A stretch of 32,000 bases of DNA from NCBI RefSeq assembly GCF_000011125.1, contig NC_000854.2, forward strand, positions 1,530,001 to 1,562,000, given 5' to 3'. Under the pieces are notes generated by a model that was given only the letters and a program-made list of their open reading frames with translations, searched no databases and had not been told where the DNA came from. The DNA is from Aeropyrum pernix K1. Lineage in GTDB: Archaea > Thermoproteota > Thermoprotei_A > Sulfolobales > Acidilobaceae. Positions 1 to 8,627 of this stretch are shown here, one piece after another. The position numbers and the translations under genes are program-made. Each line of letters begins with the position of its first letter. Position 1 is the stretch's first letter.

Positions 1-220
1 CGAAGAGCCATAGGAGGGGGCTGGCGGCGGCGGGCGCTGCCAGGTCCTCCGTGCTGACCCTCCCTAGGAATATGGCGTCGACGCTCTCCTGAGTAGCCGC
101 CAACAGCCTGGCCGCCACTATAGGGGTGGCTAGAGCCAGTATCACCTTCACGATAGGCCCCTGGGTAACCCATGTTCTCTTCCTGTCGAGGGCTTCCCTA
201 TCCAATTTCCACCAGGACAC
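1..220 (-). CDS. MATE-family efflux transporter, N-terminal part (gene continues past the left edge)
   Basis: Not in the ORF track because it is edge-truncated. Hand translation of the minus strand from GTG 220-218 gives VSWWKLDREALDRKRTWVTQGPIVKVILALATPIVAARLLAATQESVDAIFLGRVSTEDLAAPAAASPLLWLF, with no stop down to position 1. The ILxLAxP...VDxxFLGxxxxxxLAA pattern is the usual MATE N-terminus. An alternative TTG start lies at 205-203. Confidence 0.55.
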   Translation of the reverse strand, partial: MSWWKLDREALDRKRTWVTQGPIVKVILALATPIVAARLLAATQESVDAIFLGRVSTEDLAAPAAASPLLWLF

Positions 221-246
221 CTCTATATTGGGAGCCGAAAGTATGC

Positions 247-254
247 TTATAAAG
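247..254. promoter_or_regulatory. TATA box (TTATAAAG / CTTTATAA) in the 68-nt divergent spacer, positioned for both flanking genes
   Basis: It is the only AT-rich octamer between GTG 220 (minus gene) and TTG 289 (plus gene). Its centre, about 250, is roughly 30 nt from the minus start and 38 nt from the plus start, which fits leaderless or near-leaderless transcripts in both directions. Confidence 0.45.
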
Positions 255-288
255 GTTTAAGGGGGCACGGCGTACCCTCGGGAGCCTG

Positions 289-723
289 TTGACCGAGCCA
301 TGCAGGTCTCGGCACGTGAGCATCAGAAGGCTCGCGGCTCTGGCTGGAGAGGTTTACAAGCTTAGCCTTGCCAGCGTTTACCCACGAGAAGACGCCGTCC
401 TACTGCTTGAGGCGGCGAGGGTACAGGCCCTAACAGTCTACCGCAAGATCAGGGGCAGCTGCCTGGAGAGGAGGGTTGCAGAGTCGAGTCAGCTAGCTTT
501 CGAGATAGCGAGCCTGGAGCCCCTCGGTTGGGGGAGCCTTGCCCTTGCTTTGGCAGCGTTGCTCGAGGGTCTTGCTTTGAACAAGATTCGTGTTGACCCT
601 GACGAAGCACTACGGGCTCTGGAGAAGGCTCTGGCCTCCGGAGACGTGGAGTACCTTAGGAGGAGAATGCTAAGTGTGGTAAGACCGCTTCAACGGTCAA
701 AGGGAGAAGGTAGAGGCTGGTAG
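289..723 (+). CDS. hypothetical protein (predicted alpha-helical, Ala/Leu-rich)
   Basis: 144-aa ORF with a TTG start. It lies in a gap with no competing ORF and has a TATA box upstream. I recognise no family motif. An alternative GTG start lies at 316. Confidence 0.5.
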   Translation: MTEPCRSRHVSIRRLAALAGEVYKLSLASVYPREDAVLLLEAARVQALTVYRKIRGSCLERRVAESSQLAFEIASLEPLGWGSLALALAALLEGLALNKIRVDPDEALRALEKALASGDVEYLRRRMLSVVRPLQRSKGEGRGW

Positions 724-851
724 AAGACGCTCCGGTGTAGGGCTGTGTTTCCGTACGCCAAAACCCATCTTCTACAAAAGCGGGAAAACATTACAAGCTG
801 TATGACTAGAGTTTATCGCTGCAGACGCTCTTTAGAAATAGCCGGGTCCAC

Positions 852-1697
852 GTGATGGGGCTGCGAATAGTTGTGGGTTTCAAATGGGTGCCTAACACAC
901 AGGCTGTGAGGATCGATCCTAAAACTGGAACTCTCATTAGGCAGGGCGTCCCGAGCATAATCAACCCTCCAGACCTTGCTGCCGTGGAGCTCGCTCTACG
1001 GCTTAGGGATGAGTACGGCGGCGAGGTTATCGCAGTTACTATGGGCCCGCCCCCCGCCCTAAAGGGGCTGGAGCATCTGATAGGCATGGGGGTCGACTAT
1101 GGCTACATGTTCAGCGATAGGGCTTTCGCAGGCGCCGATACACTGGCCACTAGCTACGTCTTGTCGGAGGGCATAAAGTACATTGAGAGGGAGAGGGGGA
1201 GGGTCGATCTAGCCCTCTTCGGTCAGGAGACTATCGACTCGAGCACCGCCCACATCGGAGCACAGGTCGCTAGCTGGCTTCAGTGGCCCTATATATACTA
1301 TGTGAGGAAGGCCGCCGTGGACGGCGGGAAGCTGGTGGCTGAGAGGATCGTGGAGAACTATGTCGAAACCTATGAGCTACCCCTCCCGGCGGTCGCTTCG
1401 GTGGCGATCAGAGCCTTCAAACCCCGGGAGGTCACTCTATCCGGGAAGCTCAGGTTCAAGAAGGAGAAGCCCTACAAGATAGTGTCCAACAAGGAGCTCG
1501 GGCTCGACCCCAGGTGCGTCGGCCTCAAGGGAAGCCCCACCATCGTCGCCAAGGTAACCTACCTACCGGAGATCCCGAGAAGGGCTGAGGTGTATAAGCC
1601 GAGGGATCCGAGGGACGGTGCCAGGTGGCTTCTGAGGAAGCTTTTGACGGATAGCGAGACACGGGACCTCATACTCAAGGCTCTATGGGGAGGTTGA
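852..1697 (+). CDS. etfB: electron transfer flavoprotein, beta subunit (EtfB/FixA)
   Basis: Typical ETF-beta pattern: IVVGFKWVPN...INPPDLAAVELALRLRDEYGGEVIAVTMGPP...GADTLATSYVL...DLALFGQETIDSSTAHIGAQVASWL. GTG 852 is immediately followed by ATG 855. It sits directly upstream of etfA. Confidence 0.9.
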   Translation: MMGLRIVVGFKWVPNTQAVRIDPKTGTLIRQGVPSIINPPDLAAVELALRLRDEYGGEVIAVTMGPPPALKGLEHLIGMGVDYGYMFSDRAFAGADTLATSYVLSEGIKYIERERGRVDLALFGQETIDSSTAHIGAQVASWLQWPYIYYVRKAAVDGGKLVAERIVENYVETYELPLPAVASVAIRAFKPREVTLSGKLRFKKEKPYKIVSNKELGLDPRCVGLKGSPTIVAKVTYLPEIPRRAEVYKPRDPRDGARWLLRKLLTDSETRDLILKALWGG

Positions 1698-1703
1698 TGA
1701 AAA

Positions 1704-2822
1704 GTGGGTAGGGTGGAATGCGAGAAAATATGCAGTCTATGGCCCTGCGAGCAGCCTGAGGAGTTCAGGAACGTATGGGTTGTTGCAGAGCTGGACGAGC
1801 AGGGCGTAAGCGAGGCGAGCCTCCAGATGCTCACACCGGCTAGGAGGATCGCTGATAAGCTGGGTGAGAGTGTTGTGGGTGTGATAGCAGGGCCCCCGGG
1901 CTCGAGCCAGCTGGCTGTGGAGATGGTTGAGAGGGGTGCCGACGAGGTTATAGTTGTCGAGCATGAGAGGCTCTCCGAGTACTACCCTGACGTTGTGGGG
2001 AGCGTTATTGTGGAGCTGTCCCTCAAATACAAGCCCTCGGTTATACTGTTCGCAGCCACAGCCAGGGGAAGGGAGATGGCGCCGTACGTGGCTAACACAC
2101 TAAAGACGGGTATAACAGCGGACTGCACAGACTTCGACGTAGACCCCAAAACCAGGGACGTCCTGCTCATAAGACCGCCCTTCTCCGCTATAATGCTAGC
2201 CTACATCAGGACCCCCTTCAGAAGGCCTCAGATAGGGACTGCGAGGCCCAACGTATTCCCGCTCCCGGAGAGGCAGCCCGGGAGGCAGGGCAGGATTGTG
2301 AGAGAAGAGGTTGAACCGCCCGAGCCAATGGCAAGGCTAGTGAACAGGGTCAGGATACCCAGGAGTGAGGTGCCTATCGAGAAGGCCGAGGTCATAGTCT
2401 CGGGTGGCAGGGGCTTGGGGACTCCCGAAGGCTTCAGGGTGCTCGAGGAGCTGGCCTCTCTCCTCGGAGGGGTTATAGCTGGCTCGAGGAAGGCTGTTGA
2501 CGCGGGCTGGATACCGCCGGAGAGGCAGGTGGGCCAGACTGGCAAGAGCGTGAAGCCCATCCTCTACATAGCGGTTGGTATAAGCGGCTCTGCACAGCAC
2601 ATGGTAGGCGTGAGGGAGGCTAGGAGGATAGTGGCTATAAACATAGACGAGAACGCCCCCATTATAAGGCAGGCGGACTACTCCCTCATCGCCGACTACC
2701 GTGAGGTCATACCCGCCCTAATAGAGGAGCTTAGGCGTCTCAAGGAGGAGAGGAGCAGGTATCTCGAGGAACTACTGGGCCCTGAGGCCTTGAGGACTGC
2801 CCCCCAGGGAGGCGGTTCCTAG
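1704..2822 (+). CDS. etfA: electron transfer flavoprotein, alpha subunit (EtfA/FixB) with a short Cys-containing N-terminal extension
   Basis: ETF-alpha pattern: VWVVAELDEQG..., with the C-terminal FAD domain VSGGRGLG...AGSRKAVDAGW...QVGQTGKSVKPILYIAVGISGSAQHMVG. GTG 1704 lies 9 nt after GGAGGT (1689-1694) at the end of etfB. Confidence 0.9.
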   Translation: MGRVECEKICSLWPCEQPEEFRNVWVVAELDEQGVSEASLQMLTPARRIADKLGESVVGVIAGPPGSSQLAVEMVERGADEVIVVEHERLSEYYPDVVGSVIVELSLKYKPSVILFAATARGREMAPYVANTLKTGITADCTDFDVDPKTRDVLLIRPPFSAIMLAYIRTPFRRPQIGTARPNVFPLPERQPGRQGRIVREEVEPPEPMARLVNRVRIPRSEVPIEKAEVIVSGGRGLGTPEGFRVLEELASLLGGVIAGSRKAVDAGWIPPERQVGQTGKSVKPILYIAVGISGSAQHMVGVREARRIVAINIDENAPIIRQADYSLIADYREVIPALIEELRRLKEERSRYLEELLGPEALRTAPQGGGS

Positions 2823-2833
2823 AAGCATGGGGG

Positions 2834-4153
2834 TTGGAAGCCATGTCTTCTGGGATTGCCGAGGCAAGCTATGATGTTGTCGTGGTGGGCGGCGGCCCTG
2901 GAGGGCTCGCCGCCGCCACAGTCCTGGCTAGGGCCGGGTTTAAGGTCCTCGTCCTCGAGAGGGGTAGGGAGCCGGGGGCGAAGAGCCTCTTCGGCGGGAA
3001 GGTTTATGCCCAGCCACTCAGGGACGTTTGGCCCGATCTAGACAAGAAGGCTCCGATACACAGGTGGGTTAGGGTCGAGAGGTTCAGCCTCACCTCGGGA
3101 GACCGGGTGGCGACTATAGAGTATAGGCTGGGCAGGCCTGTGGCTTTCACCACATACTTGCCCGAGCTCGTCAAGTGGATGGCTGGGAAGGCGGAGGAGG
3201 CCGGAGCCCTTGTTATTGATGAGGTCGTTGTTGACGACATAGTTGTCAAGGACGGCAGTGTTGTGGGAGTTAGGAGCGGCGGGGACGAGGTTAGGGCGAA
3301 AGTTGTTGTGGACGCGGAGGGAGTAAACAGGATGCTGCTTGAGAGGCTAGGCCTCGTAGACCCTCCGGACCCATCGCGGCTAGCTCTCGGCGTTAAAGAG
3401 GTTATAAGGCTGAAGCCAGACGAGATAGAGGCAAGGTTCGGCCTCGACAAGAAGGAGGGGCTGGCCTGGCTCATAGCCGGAGATATAACCAACTGGATCC
3501 CCGGCGGGGGCTTCGTGTACACTATGAACGACAGCGTCAGCGTCGGTATAGTTCTTAGGGTGTCATCAGCCGTTGAAGCTGCTGAGAAGGGGGTGATAAG
3601 AGAGCATGTTAGCCGTATGGTGGAGAGGCTGAGGCTCCACCCCTACTTCAAGAGGTTCTGGACGGGCGGGGACATTGCGGAGTACGGGGGGAGGCTTGCC
3701 ATTGAAGGCGGCCTCGGCTACATGCCCCGAAAACTGGCGACCAACGGCCTGGTGGTAGTTGGCGACGCGGCAGGGCTACTACTAAATACAGGCTACACCA
3801 TAAGAGGGGTCGACTTCGCGGCCTACAGCGGCAAGCTGGCGGCGGAAACGATAATACAAGCTTTGTCCAAGGGCGACACGAGCGAGGCCACCCTTAGGAC
3901 CTATGAGGAGAAGCTGAAAGCAAGCTTCGTATACAAGGAGCTAGTTAAGCATAGGGGGATAGAGAAGGTTATGAGAGACCCTTGGTTCTTCAAGGCTCTA
4001 CCCGAGATCGGCGTAGGAGTTCTGGCTCGCCTTTTCGAGGCGGACTACGAGGAGCCCACGATAGCCGAGGCCCTCCTGGAGGCCGCCCGAGAAGCAGGGA
4101 CTCCACTCCCCCTGGCGATAGCGAAGCTGCTCGGCGTGGCAGGCGAGCTGTAG
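2834..4153 (+). CDS. fixC: FixC-type FAD-dependent oxidoreductase (ETF:quinone oxidoreductase-like)
   Basis: N-terminal dinucleotide fold YDVVVVGGGPGGLAAATVLARAGFKVLVLERG, plus the later GDAAG motif (VVVGDAAGLL). It sits directly after etfBA. The start is TTG 2834 or ATG 2843. Confidence 0.88.
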   Translation: MEAMSSGIAEASYDVVVVGGGPGGLAAATVLARAGFKVLVLERGREPGAKSLFGGKVYAQPLRDVWPDLDKKAPIHRWVRVERFSLTSGDRVATIEYRLGRPVAFTTYLPELVKWMAGKAEEAGALVIDEVVVDDIVVKDGSVVGVRSGGDEVRAKVVVDAEGVNRMLLERLGLVDPPDPSRLALGVKEVIRLKPDEIEARFGLDKKEGLAWLIAGDITNWIPGGGFVYTMNDSVSVGIVLRVSSAVEAAEKGVIREHVSRMVERLRLHPYFKRFWTGGDIAEYGGRLAIEGGLGYMPRKLATNGLVVVGDAAGLLLNTGYTIRGVDFAAYSGKLAAETIIQALSKGDTSEATLRTYEEKLKASFVYKELVKHRGIEKVMRDPWFFKALPEIGVGVLARLFEADYEEPTIAEALLEAAREAGTPLPLAIAKLLGVAGEL

Positions 4154-4230
4154 ACCCGGGTTTATACTTGCCTAACTATACAGCGTTTTACTCCTACACT
4201 AACACTTCCCAATATAATGGTGTAGAGGGG

Positions 4231-5379
4231 ATGGCCAGGCTACTCATGATTCCAGGTCCTACACCCGTCGACCCAGAAGTGCTGCTTGCCATGGCCAGGC
4301 CGGTTATAAGCCACACCTCCCCCGATTTCGACGAGATCCACGGCGAAACAGTGTCTATGCTCCAAAAACTCTTCAGGACCTCCGGCAAGGTGTTTCTCCT
4401 CCCGGGCAGCGGCAGCCTAGGCATGGAGTTTGCCGTTAGGAGCGTTGCAGGGAGGGGGTCTAGGGCTCTGGTTTTGAAGGCAGGCTACTTTGGAGGGTAT
4501 TTCGAGAGGATACTAAGATCCCTTGGAGCTTCCGTGACTGTCGTTGAATCTCCAGTGGGCAGGGGTTTCACGGGTGCTGATGTGGAGGAGGCTCTGGATA
4601 GGGCTGGGGATGTTGATGTTGTGTTTGTTCAGCACGTCGAGACGAGCACCTCGGTGGCTAACCCTGTGAGGGAGATAGCCGGGGTTGTGAAGAAGAATGG
4701 TGCAAGGCTTGTTGTGGACGGTATTGCCAGCGTGGGAGGCATGGACCTCAGGCTAGATGAGTGGGGTGTGGATGTGGCCCTGACGGGTAGCCAGAAAGCG
4801 CTTAGCACGCCGCCGGGGTTAGCTATAGTCGCTTTCAGCAGCGAATATTCGGTGGAGCTGGAGAAGAGGGAACCCAGTGGCATCTACTTCGACTTCCTCT
4901 CCCTCTCCCGGGAGATGGAGTCTACCAGGAACTACCATATAACGCCGGCGGTCAACCTCGTGTTCGCCCTGAACGCCAGTCTAAAGAGGATTTTGGGCGA
5001 GGGCTTGGAAAACAGGTTTGAGAGGCACCGTGTCCTGGCTAGAGCGTTTACCAGGGCAATGGAGGCTCTCGGTTTAAGGCTGGTGGCTGAGGAGCCTTTT
5101 AGAGCCTGGACGGTGACGGCGGTCTACCTGCCACAGGGTATTGATTGGTCCCGTTTCTACAGCGTGATGAGGAAGAGGGGTGTGGAGGTCGCCGGGGGTC
5201 TGGGCGGTTTGAAGGGTAAGATATTTAGGGTTGGCCACATGGGTGAGGTGGATGCTAACGATTTGATAGCGACGATAGCCGCTATAGAGCGTAGCCTGGT
5301 GGAGCTTGGCTATAGGGAGGCGAGGCTGGGCCAAGGGCTAGAGGCTGCTCAGAAGGAACTCTCTAGCCTAGGCCTCTAG
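4231..5379 (+). CDS. class V pyridoxal-phosphate aminotransferase (serine-pyruvate / alanine-glyoxylate type)
   Basis: MARLLMIPGPTPVDPEVL is the canonical class V start, and TGSQKALSTPPGLA contains the PLP lysine. I chose ATG 4231. The track ORF from 3982 merely extends upstream through the fixC 3' end in another frame. Confidence 0.9.
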   Translation: MARLLMIPGPTPVDPEVLLAMARPVISHTSPDFDEIHGETVSMLQKLFRTSGKVFLLPGSGSLGMEFAVRSVAGRGSRALVLKAGYFGGYFERILRSLGASVTVVESPVGRGFTGADVEEALDRAGDVDVVFVQHVETSTSVANPVREIAGVVKKNGARLVVDGIASVGGMDLRLDEWGVDVALTGSQKALSTPPGLAIVAFSSEYSVELEKREPSGIYFDFLSLSREMESTRNYHITPAVNLVFALNASLKRILGEGLENRFERHRVLARAFTRAMEALGLRLVAEEPFRAWTVTAVYLPQGIDWSRFYSVMRKRGVEVAGGLGGLKGKIFRVGHMGEVDANDLIATIAAIERSLVELGYREARLGQGLEAAQKELSSLGL

Positions 5380-6030
5380 CCTTTTCAAAACCTCTTTTAA
5401 CCTATACTCGAGCTGCGACCTTGACTCTAGGTCAGCAAGCATGGCCTTAGTATCGTCAACAAGCCTCCTGGCAACATCGGCTTTGTGCCTCACGCCCGGG
5501 AGCAGAGCCTCAGGGTAGTCAAGGCTCCGGAGCTCTAGATAGATTGCCTCCATAATGTCGAGGAGGGACCAAGCCTTCCTGAACTCACCCCTCCTCACTA
5601 GCTCGAGGGATAGCCTCCTAAGCTCCCCTACCAGATCGCCCAACCCCTGGATATAGGGGACAATGGGTACTCTCAACTCATCTGGAGAGCTTAGCCCCCT
5701 ACCAGTAATAATGTCTATGAAAAGCCTTGCCTCCACATACTCGCTGAAAGCGTTGTTAGCGAACCCCGCCGTCATGAGGTCGGGGTAAGGCTCCAGTATA
5801 CTCCTCAGCATACCGGCGGCCTCCTCGGCCCTCGCAAGATGCCCCTCAGCCTCCTCTAGGCTCCCCTTATGCACCGCAGTCACGGCCCAGCCGGAATACC
5901 TAACTACATCCCTAGCCAGCCGTATAGCCTCCTCCCTCGCCTTATCCCTCTCCGACAAAACCCTCTCAGCGCTATCAATAACACTCCTCAGCTTTTCCCT
6001 GTCGAACGACGGGTTAACCCAGCCCGCCAC
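5368..6030 (-). CDS. translin-family protein
   Basis: The pattern YIQGLGDLVGELRRLSLELVRRGEF...IMEAIYLELRSL...LRHKADV-like matches the translin signature (DYL.G..DL.GEL.R.......G). The 220-aa size fits archaeal translin-like proteins. The gene is convergent with the aminotransferase, with a 12-nt 3' overlap. Confidence 0.78.
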   Translation of the reverse strand: MAGWVNPSFDREKLRSVIDSAERVLSERDKAREEAIRLARDVVRYSGWAVTAVHKGSLEEAEGHLARAEEAAGMLRSILEPYPDLMTAGFANNAFSEYVEARLFIDIITGRGLSSPDELRVPIVPYIQGLGDLVGELRRLSLELVRRGEFRKAWSLLDIMEAIYLELRSLDYPEALLPGVRHKADVARRLVDDTKAMLADLESRSQLEYRLKEVLKRLEA

Positions 6031-6118
6031 GCCAAATACACCCGGGGCTAGGGCGTGTCCATCCGGGAGTGATATACCTCTGGAGGGCGGCCTAGTAGGG
6101 TTGGAGGGGGATGATAGG

Positions 6119-7099
6119 ATGTTCAGCAGGGTTAGGGTATCTGCCCCAAGCCACGTCCACGCGGGTAACTATGATATAGAAGGCTCTATAGGCAGGCTCT
6201 ACGGGACCGTAGGCCTTGCCCTGGGGGAGCCTAGGCTAACCCTGGAGGCATCCCCGAGTCATAGTGTTGAAGTCGAAGGGGGCAGTAGGAGGAGGGAGGC
6301 GGAGGACCTCGCTAGGCTATACCTGGATAAGGTGGGATCTAGGGGCTGCAGGCTTGAGGGAGTAAAGATCAGGATCTACGAGGAGATCCCTGCGCACGTA
6401 GGCCTTGGTTCGACCACGGCCTTAGCCCTCTCGATCGGATCCTCCATCTACAGGATCTGCGGGCTGGAGCCGTTGGACTTGAGGGAGCTGGCGGTAACTG
6501 CTGGTAGGAGCCTTGTGTCTGCCCTTGGCCTCTACAGCTTCGAGCAGGGGGGCTTAATAGTTGACGGGGGGTTTGTCAGGGGGGAACGCAGGCCCCCGCC
6601 TCTCGTATTCAGGGCTCACGTCCCAGGCTCTGTAAAGGTGGTTGTCGCACTTCCGGAGAGGCCTATCGCTAAAATACTGGACATCAAGAGGAGGGAGGAC
6701 GAACTCCTCGCCCGCATGCCGCCCATGGACCCTTCTATGGCGGGTTGGGCGTCGAGGGTTGTTCTACTGGGTATAATGGCTAACGCGGCTGAGGGAAGGT
6801 GGGGGGAGGCTGCGAGGTGGATGGGCGAGTTCAATAGGAGGCTCGGCGAGTACTGGGCGGGGGAGCAGGGGGGTATCTACTGCTGCAGCGAGGTAGAAGA
6901 GATAGTCAGGGCCATGGTTGATGCAGGGGCGTGGAGCGGCTTGCAGAGCAGCTGGGGCCCCACCGTCTACGGCTTAACTCCCGCGAGGAGGGCTGCCAGC
7001 GTTCTAGAGGCCGCTAGGAGGGCTGTTGAGAGGGTCGGCGGGGGCAAGGTATGGGTTACTAGCGTTGACAACGTGGGGGCCGTGATAAGTAGTTTCTAA
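6119..7099 (+). CDS. beta-ribofuranosylaminobenzene 5'-phosphate (beta-RFAP) synthase-like GHMP-family protein
   Basis: The N-terminus VRVSAPSHVHAGNYDIEGSIGRLYGTVGLALGEPRL parallels the methanogen enzyme start (TPSR.H.GL.DL.GS.GR..GG.G.AL..P, from memory). A GHMP motif (GLGSTTALALS) is present. I prefer ATG 6119 over TTG 6101. Confidence 0.75.
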   Translation: MFSRVRVSAPSHVHAGNYDIEGSIGRLYGTVGLALGEPRLTLEASPSHSVEVEGGSRRREAEDLARLYLDKVGSRGCRLEGVKIRIYEEIPAHVGLGSTTALALSIGSSIYRICGLEPLDLRELAVTAGRSLVSALGLYSFEQGGLIVDGGFVRGERRPPPLVFRAHVPGSVKVVVALPERPIAKILDIKRREDELLARMPPMDPSMAGWASRVVLLGIMANAAEGRWGEAARWMGEFNRRLGEYWAGEQGGIYCCSEVEEIVRAMVDAGAWSGLQSSWGPTVYGLTPARRAASVLEAARRAVERVGGGKVWVTSVDNVGAVISSF

Positions 7100-8334
7100 C
7101 GCATTTTCACAAGGGCGAAGGAGCCTAGGATCGTGCCCACTACTATCCACACTAGCACGGAGTACATCAGACTGTCTAAGAGTCCCAGCTGGAAGCCCAC
7201 CGAAGCGGCTATTATGGTCACGGTCAGTAGCATGGCCGTGCTTGATGCTGCTATGAGTGAGGACCTCCTGCTGGAGCCTGTCAGCCGGAAGTAGAAATAG
7301 ACCGTGTAGGTTCTGGCTAGAGCTAACGCCACGCCGCCTGCCAAGGCTAGGGCAACATAGTGGAGGGGTATCCCAGGATCTATGCTCATACCCGAGGCTA
7401 TGAAGAAGAAGGGTGTGAAGAAGCCCGTTGCCAAGCTTTCAAGCTTCTCGCGGAGCTGCACCCTGGTTCTCACGGTCTCCGACGCTATAACGCCTAGTAT
7501 GAAACTGGTGAGCACACTGTGGACGCCGACGAAGTCGCTCAGGAACCCCAGAATGATGACAGTCATGGTAATGAGCCTGATCTCCGCCTCGAAGGGAGCC
7601 CCTCCTAGCCTTGGTAGTAGGGGGTATAGGAGTAGGGCGGCAAGCAGTATGACAATGTAGAACGCTAGGCTGGGGCTTATGGAGGCTGTGGCTATGTTGA
7701 GCATAATCATACCTGAAAGGTCGAGGAGCATCGCAGAAGCCAGGGCAAGCTGGCCCAGCCTACTCCTAACTAGCCTATAAGAAGAGAGTAACAGGTAGGT
7801 GAGGGCCACGCTGGTGGCGGATAGCGAGGCCAGTATGACGAGGGAGGAGGTTAGGCTGAGCCCGAGGTATACGTGGAGTAGCGCCGTCAACGCTAGTGGG
7901 GCGAGGGCTGAGACGAGGGCTACGATGACAGCCTGTGGGAGTATGCTTCTTAACAATGCAAGGTCGATTTCGCTCCCTGCCATGAAGAGTAGCAGGTTTG
8001 CCCCGATAGCCGCCAGGAGGGTGAGCACCTCTGTAGACTTTACACCCCAAAACGCCAGCATGGCGCCCATAATTATCTCAACCACGCCAGGGGGGAGTCC
8101 GATTACGTGGGCTATTCTCGTAGCGGCAAGAATATAAAAGGCGACCAAAACTATAACGAGTATATCGTACTCGACCTCGAACTCCAACTCTATGAATCCG
8201 ATGTAGAAGTGGCCGCCCTCTTTCGCCAGCAGGTCGAACATGTACGTGGCTACAAGAACGGCGGCAATCGTGCCCGCCAAAGCCAGCAGGTTATTAACTC
8301 TTGCACTGTTTATTCCGTCTTGCAGCCATCCCAC
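7096..8334 (-). CDS. cation:proton antiporter (CPA2 / Kef-type Na+ or K+/H+ exchanger), membrane domain only
   Basis: 412-aa polytopic membrane protein with about 11-12 hydrophobic segments. It carries the Na_H_exchanger-like pattern (FLSDFVGVHSVLTSFILGVIASE...FFTPFFFIASGMSID). Confidence 0.82.
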   Translation of the reverse strand: MGWLQDGINSARVNNLLALAGTIAAVLVATYMFDLLAKEGGHFYIGFIELEFEVEYDILVIVLVAFYILAATRIAHVIGLPPGVVEIIMGAMLAFWGVKSTEVLTLLAAIGANLLLFMAGSEIDLALLRSILPQAVIVALVSALAPLALTALLHVYLGLSLTSSLVILASLSATSVALTYLLLSSYRLVRSRLGQLALASAMLLDLSGMIMLNIATASISPSLAFYIVILLAALLLYPLLPRLGGAPFEAEIRLITMTVIILGFLSDFVGVHSVLTSFILGVIASETVRTRVQLREKLESLATGFFTPFFFIASGMSIDPGIPLHYVALALAGGVALALARTYTVYFYFRLTGSSRRSSLIAASSTAMLLTVTIIAASVGFQLGLLDSLMYSVLVWIVVGTILGSFALVKMR

Positions 8335-8627
8335 TTTAGAACCCTCCCTCCACCTCCACTACGCCCCCAGCCCCACCGGGCATTACAGCAATATCAGCAC
8401 ATTTATCTAGAAACTAGTAATACTAAGGCGCAACGGGGCTTTGCATGAGCCTCAACTTAGGCTTCTATGTTAACCTGAGCTTGGCTAAATATGTCGGCCT
8501 AAACACTTAACACCTTGCTCTCGAGAAGAGGTCCTGCTAGGGGTATGCTATTATTTGTGGTTACTTAAGCATCAGCTAGGATAAGGATTATTATGATCTT
8601 AGCTAGGAACTCTCAGAAGGAGCCTCT

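Noticed and set aside
3004-3522. Long antisense or alternative-frame ORFs inside confident genes. Examples: 3004..3522(-), 806..1087(-), 2228..2560(-), 8593..9063(+), 9339..9668(-), 9829..10191(-), 10354..10710(-), 17309..17662(-), 23646..24233(+), 24567..24902(+), 25023..25313(+), 26589..26949(-), 29709..30110(-), 30639..30992(-), 31120..31446(-).
   Set aside because: Their translations are Ser/Thr/Pro/Arg-rich and low-complexity with no motifs. Each lies opposite or out of frame to a gene with strong family signatures. Such shadow ORFs are expected in GC-rich DNA.
3982-4230. An 83-codon upstream extension of the aminotransferase ORF, overlapping the fixC 3' end.
   Set aside because: The extension is Arg/Gly/Pro-rich junk read in another frame of fixC. 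The canonical class V start MARLLMIPGPTP begins at ATG 4231.
8341-8380. The antiporter upstream region is G-rich on the minus strand (GGTGGGGCTGGGGGCGTAGTGGAGGTGGAGGGAGGG), which could be a G-quadruplex or multiple SD-like motifs.
   Set aside because: One inter-tract loop would be about 15 nt, so it is not a canonical G4. The GGAGG copies are 12-17 nt from the ATG, which is poor spacing. It is most simply a GC-rich leader, and I cannot evaluate it without transcription-start data.
8456-8467. The 12-mer CTTAGGCTTCTA is shared between the antiporter/thioredoxin spacer and hairpin A of the GC-rich element (21206-21217).
   Set aside because: A back-of-envelope estimate (about 5e8 position pairs divided by 1.7e7 possible 12-mers) predicts tens of chance 12-mer matches in a 32-kb window. 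The flanking sequence does not extend the match.
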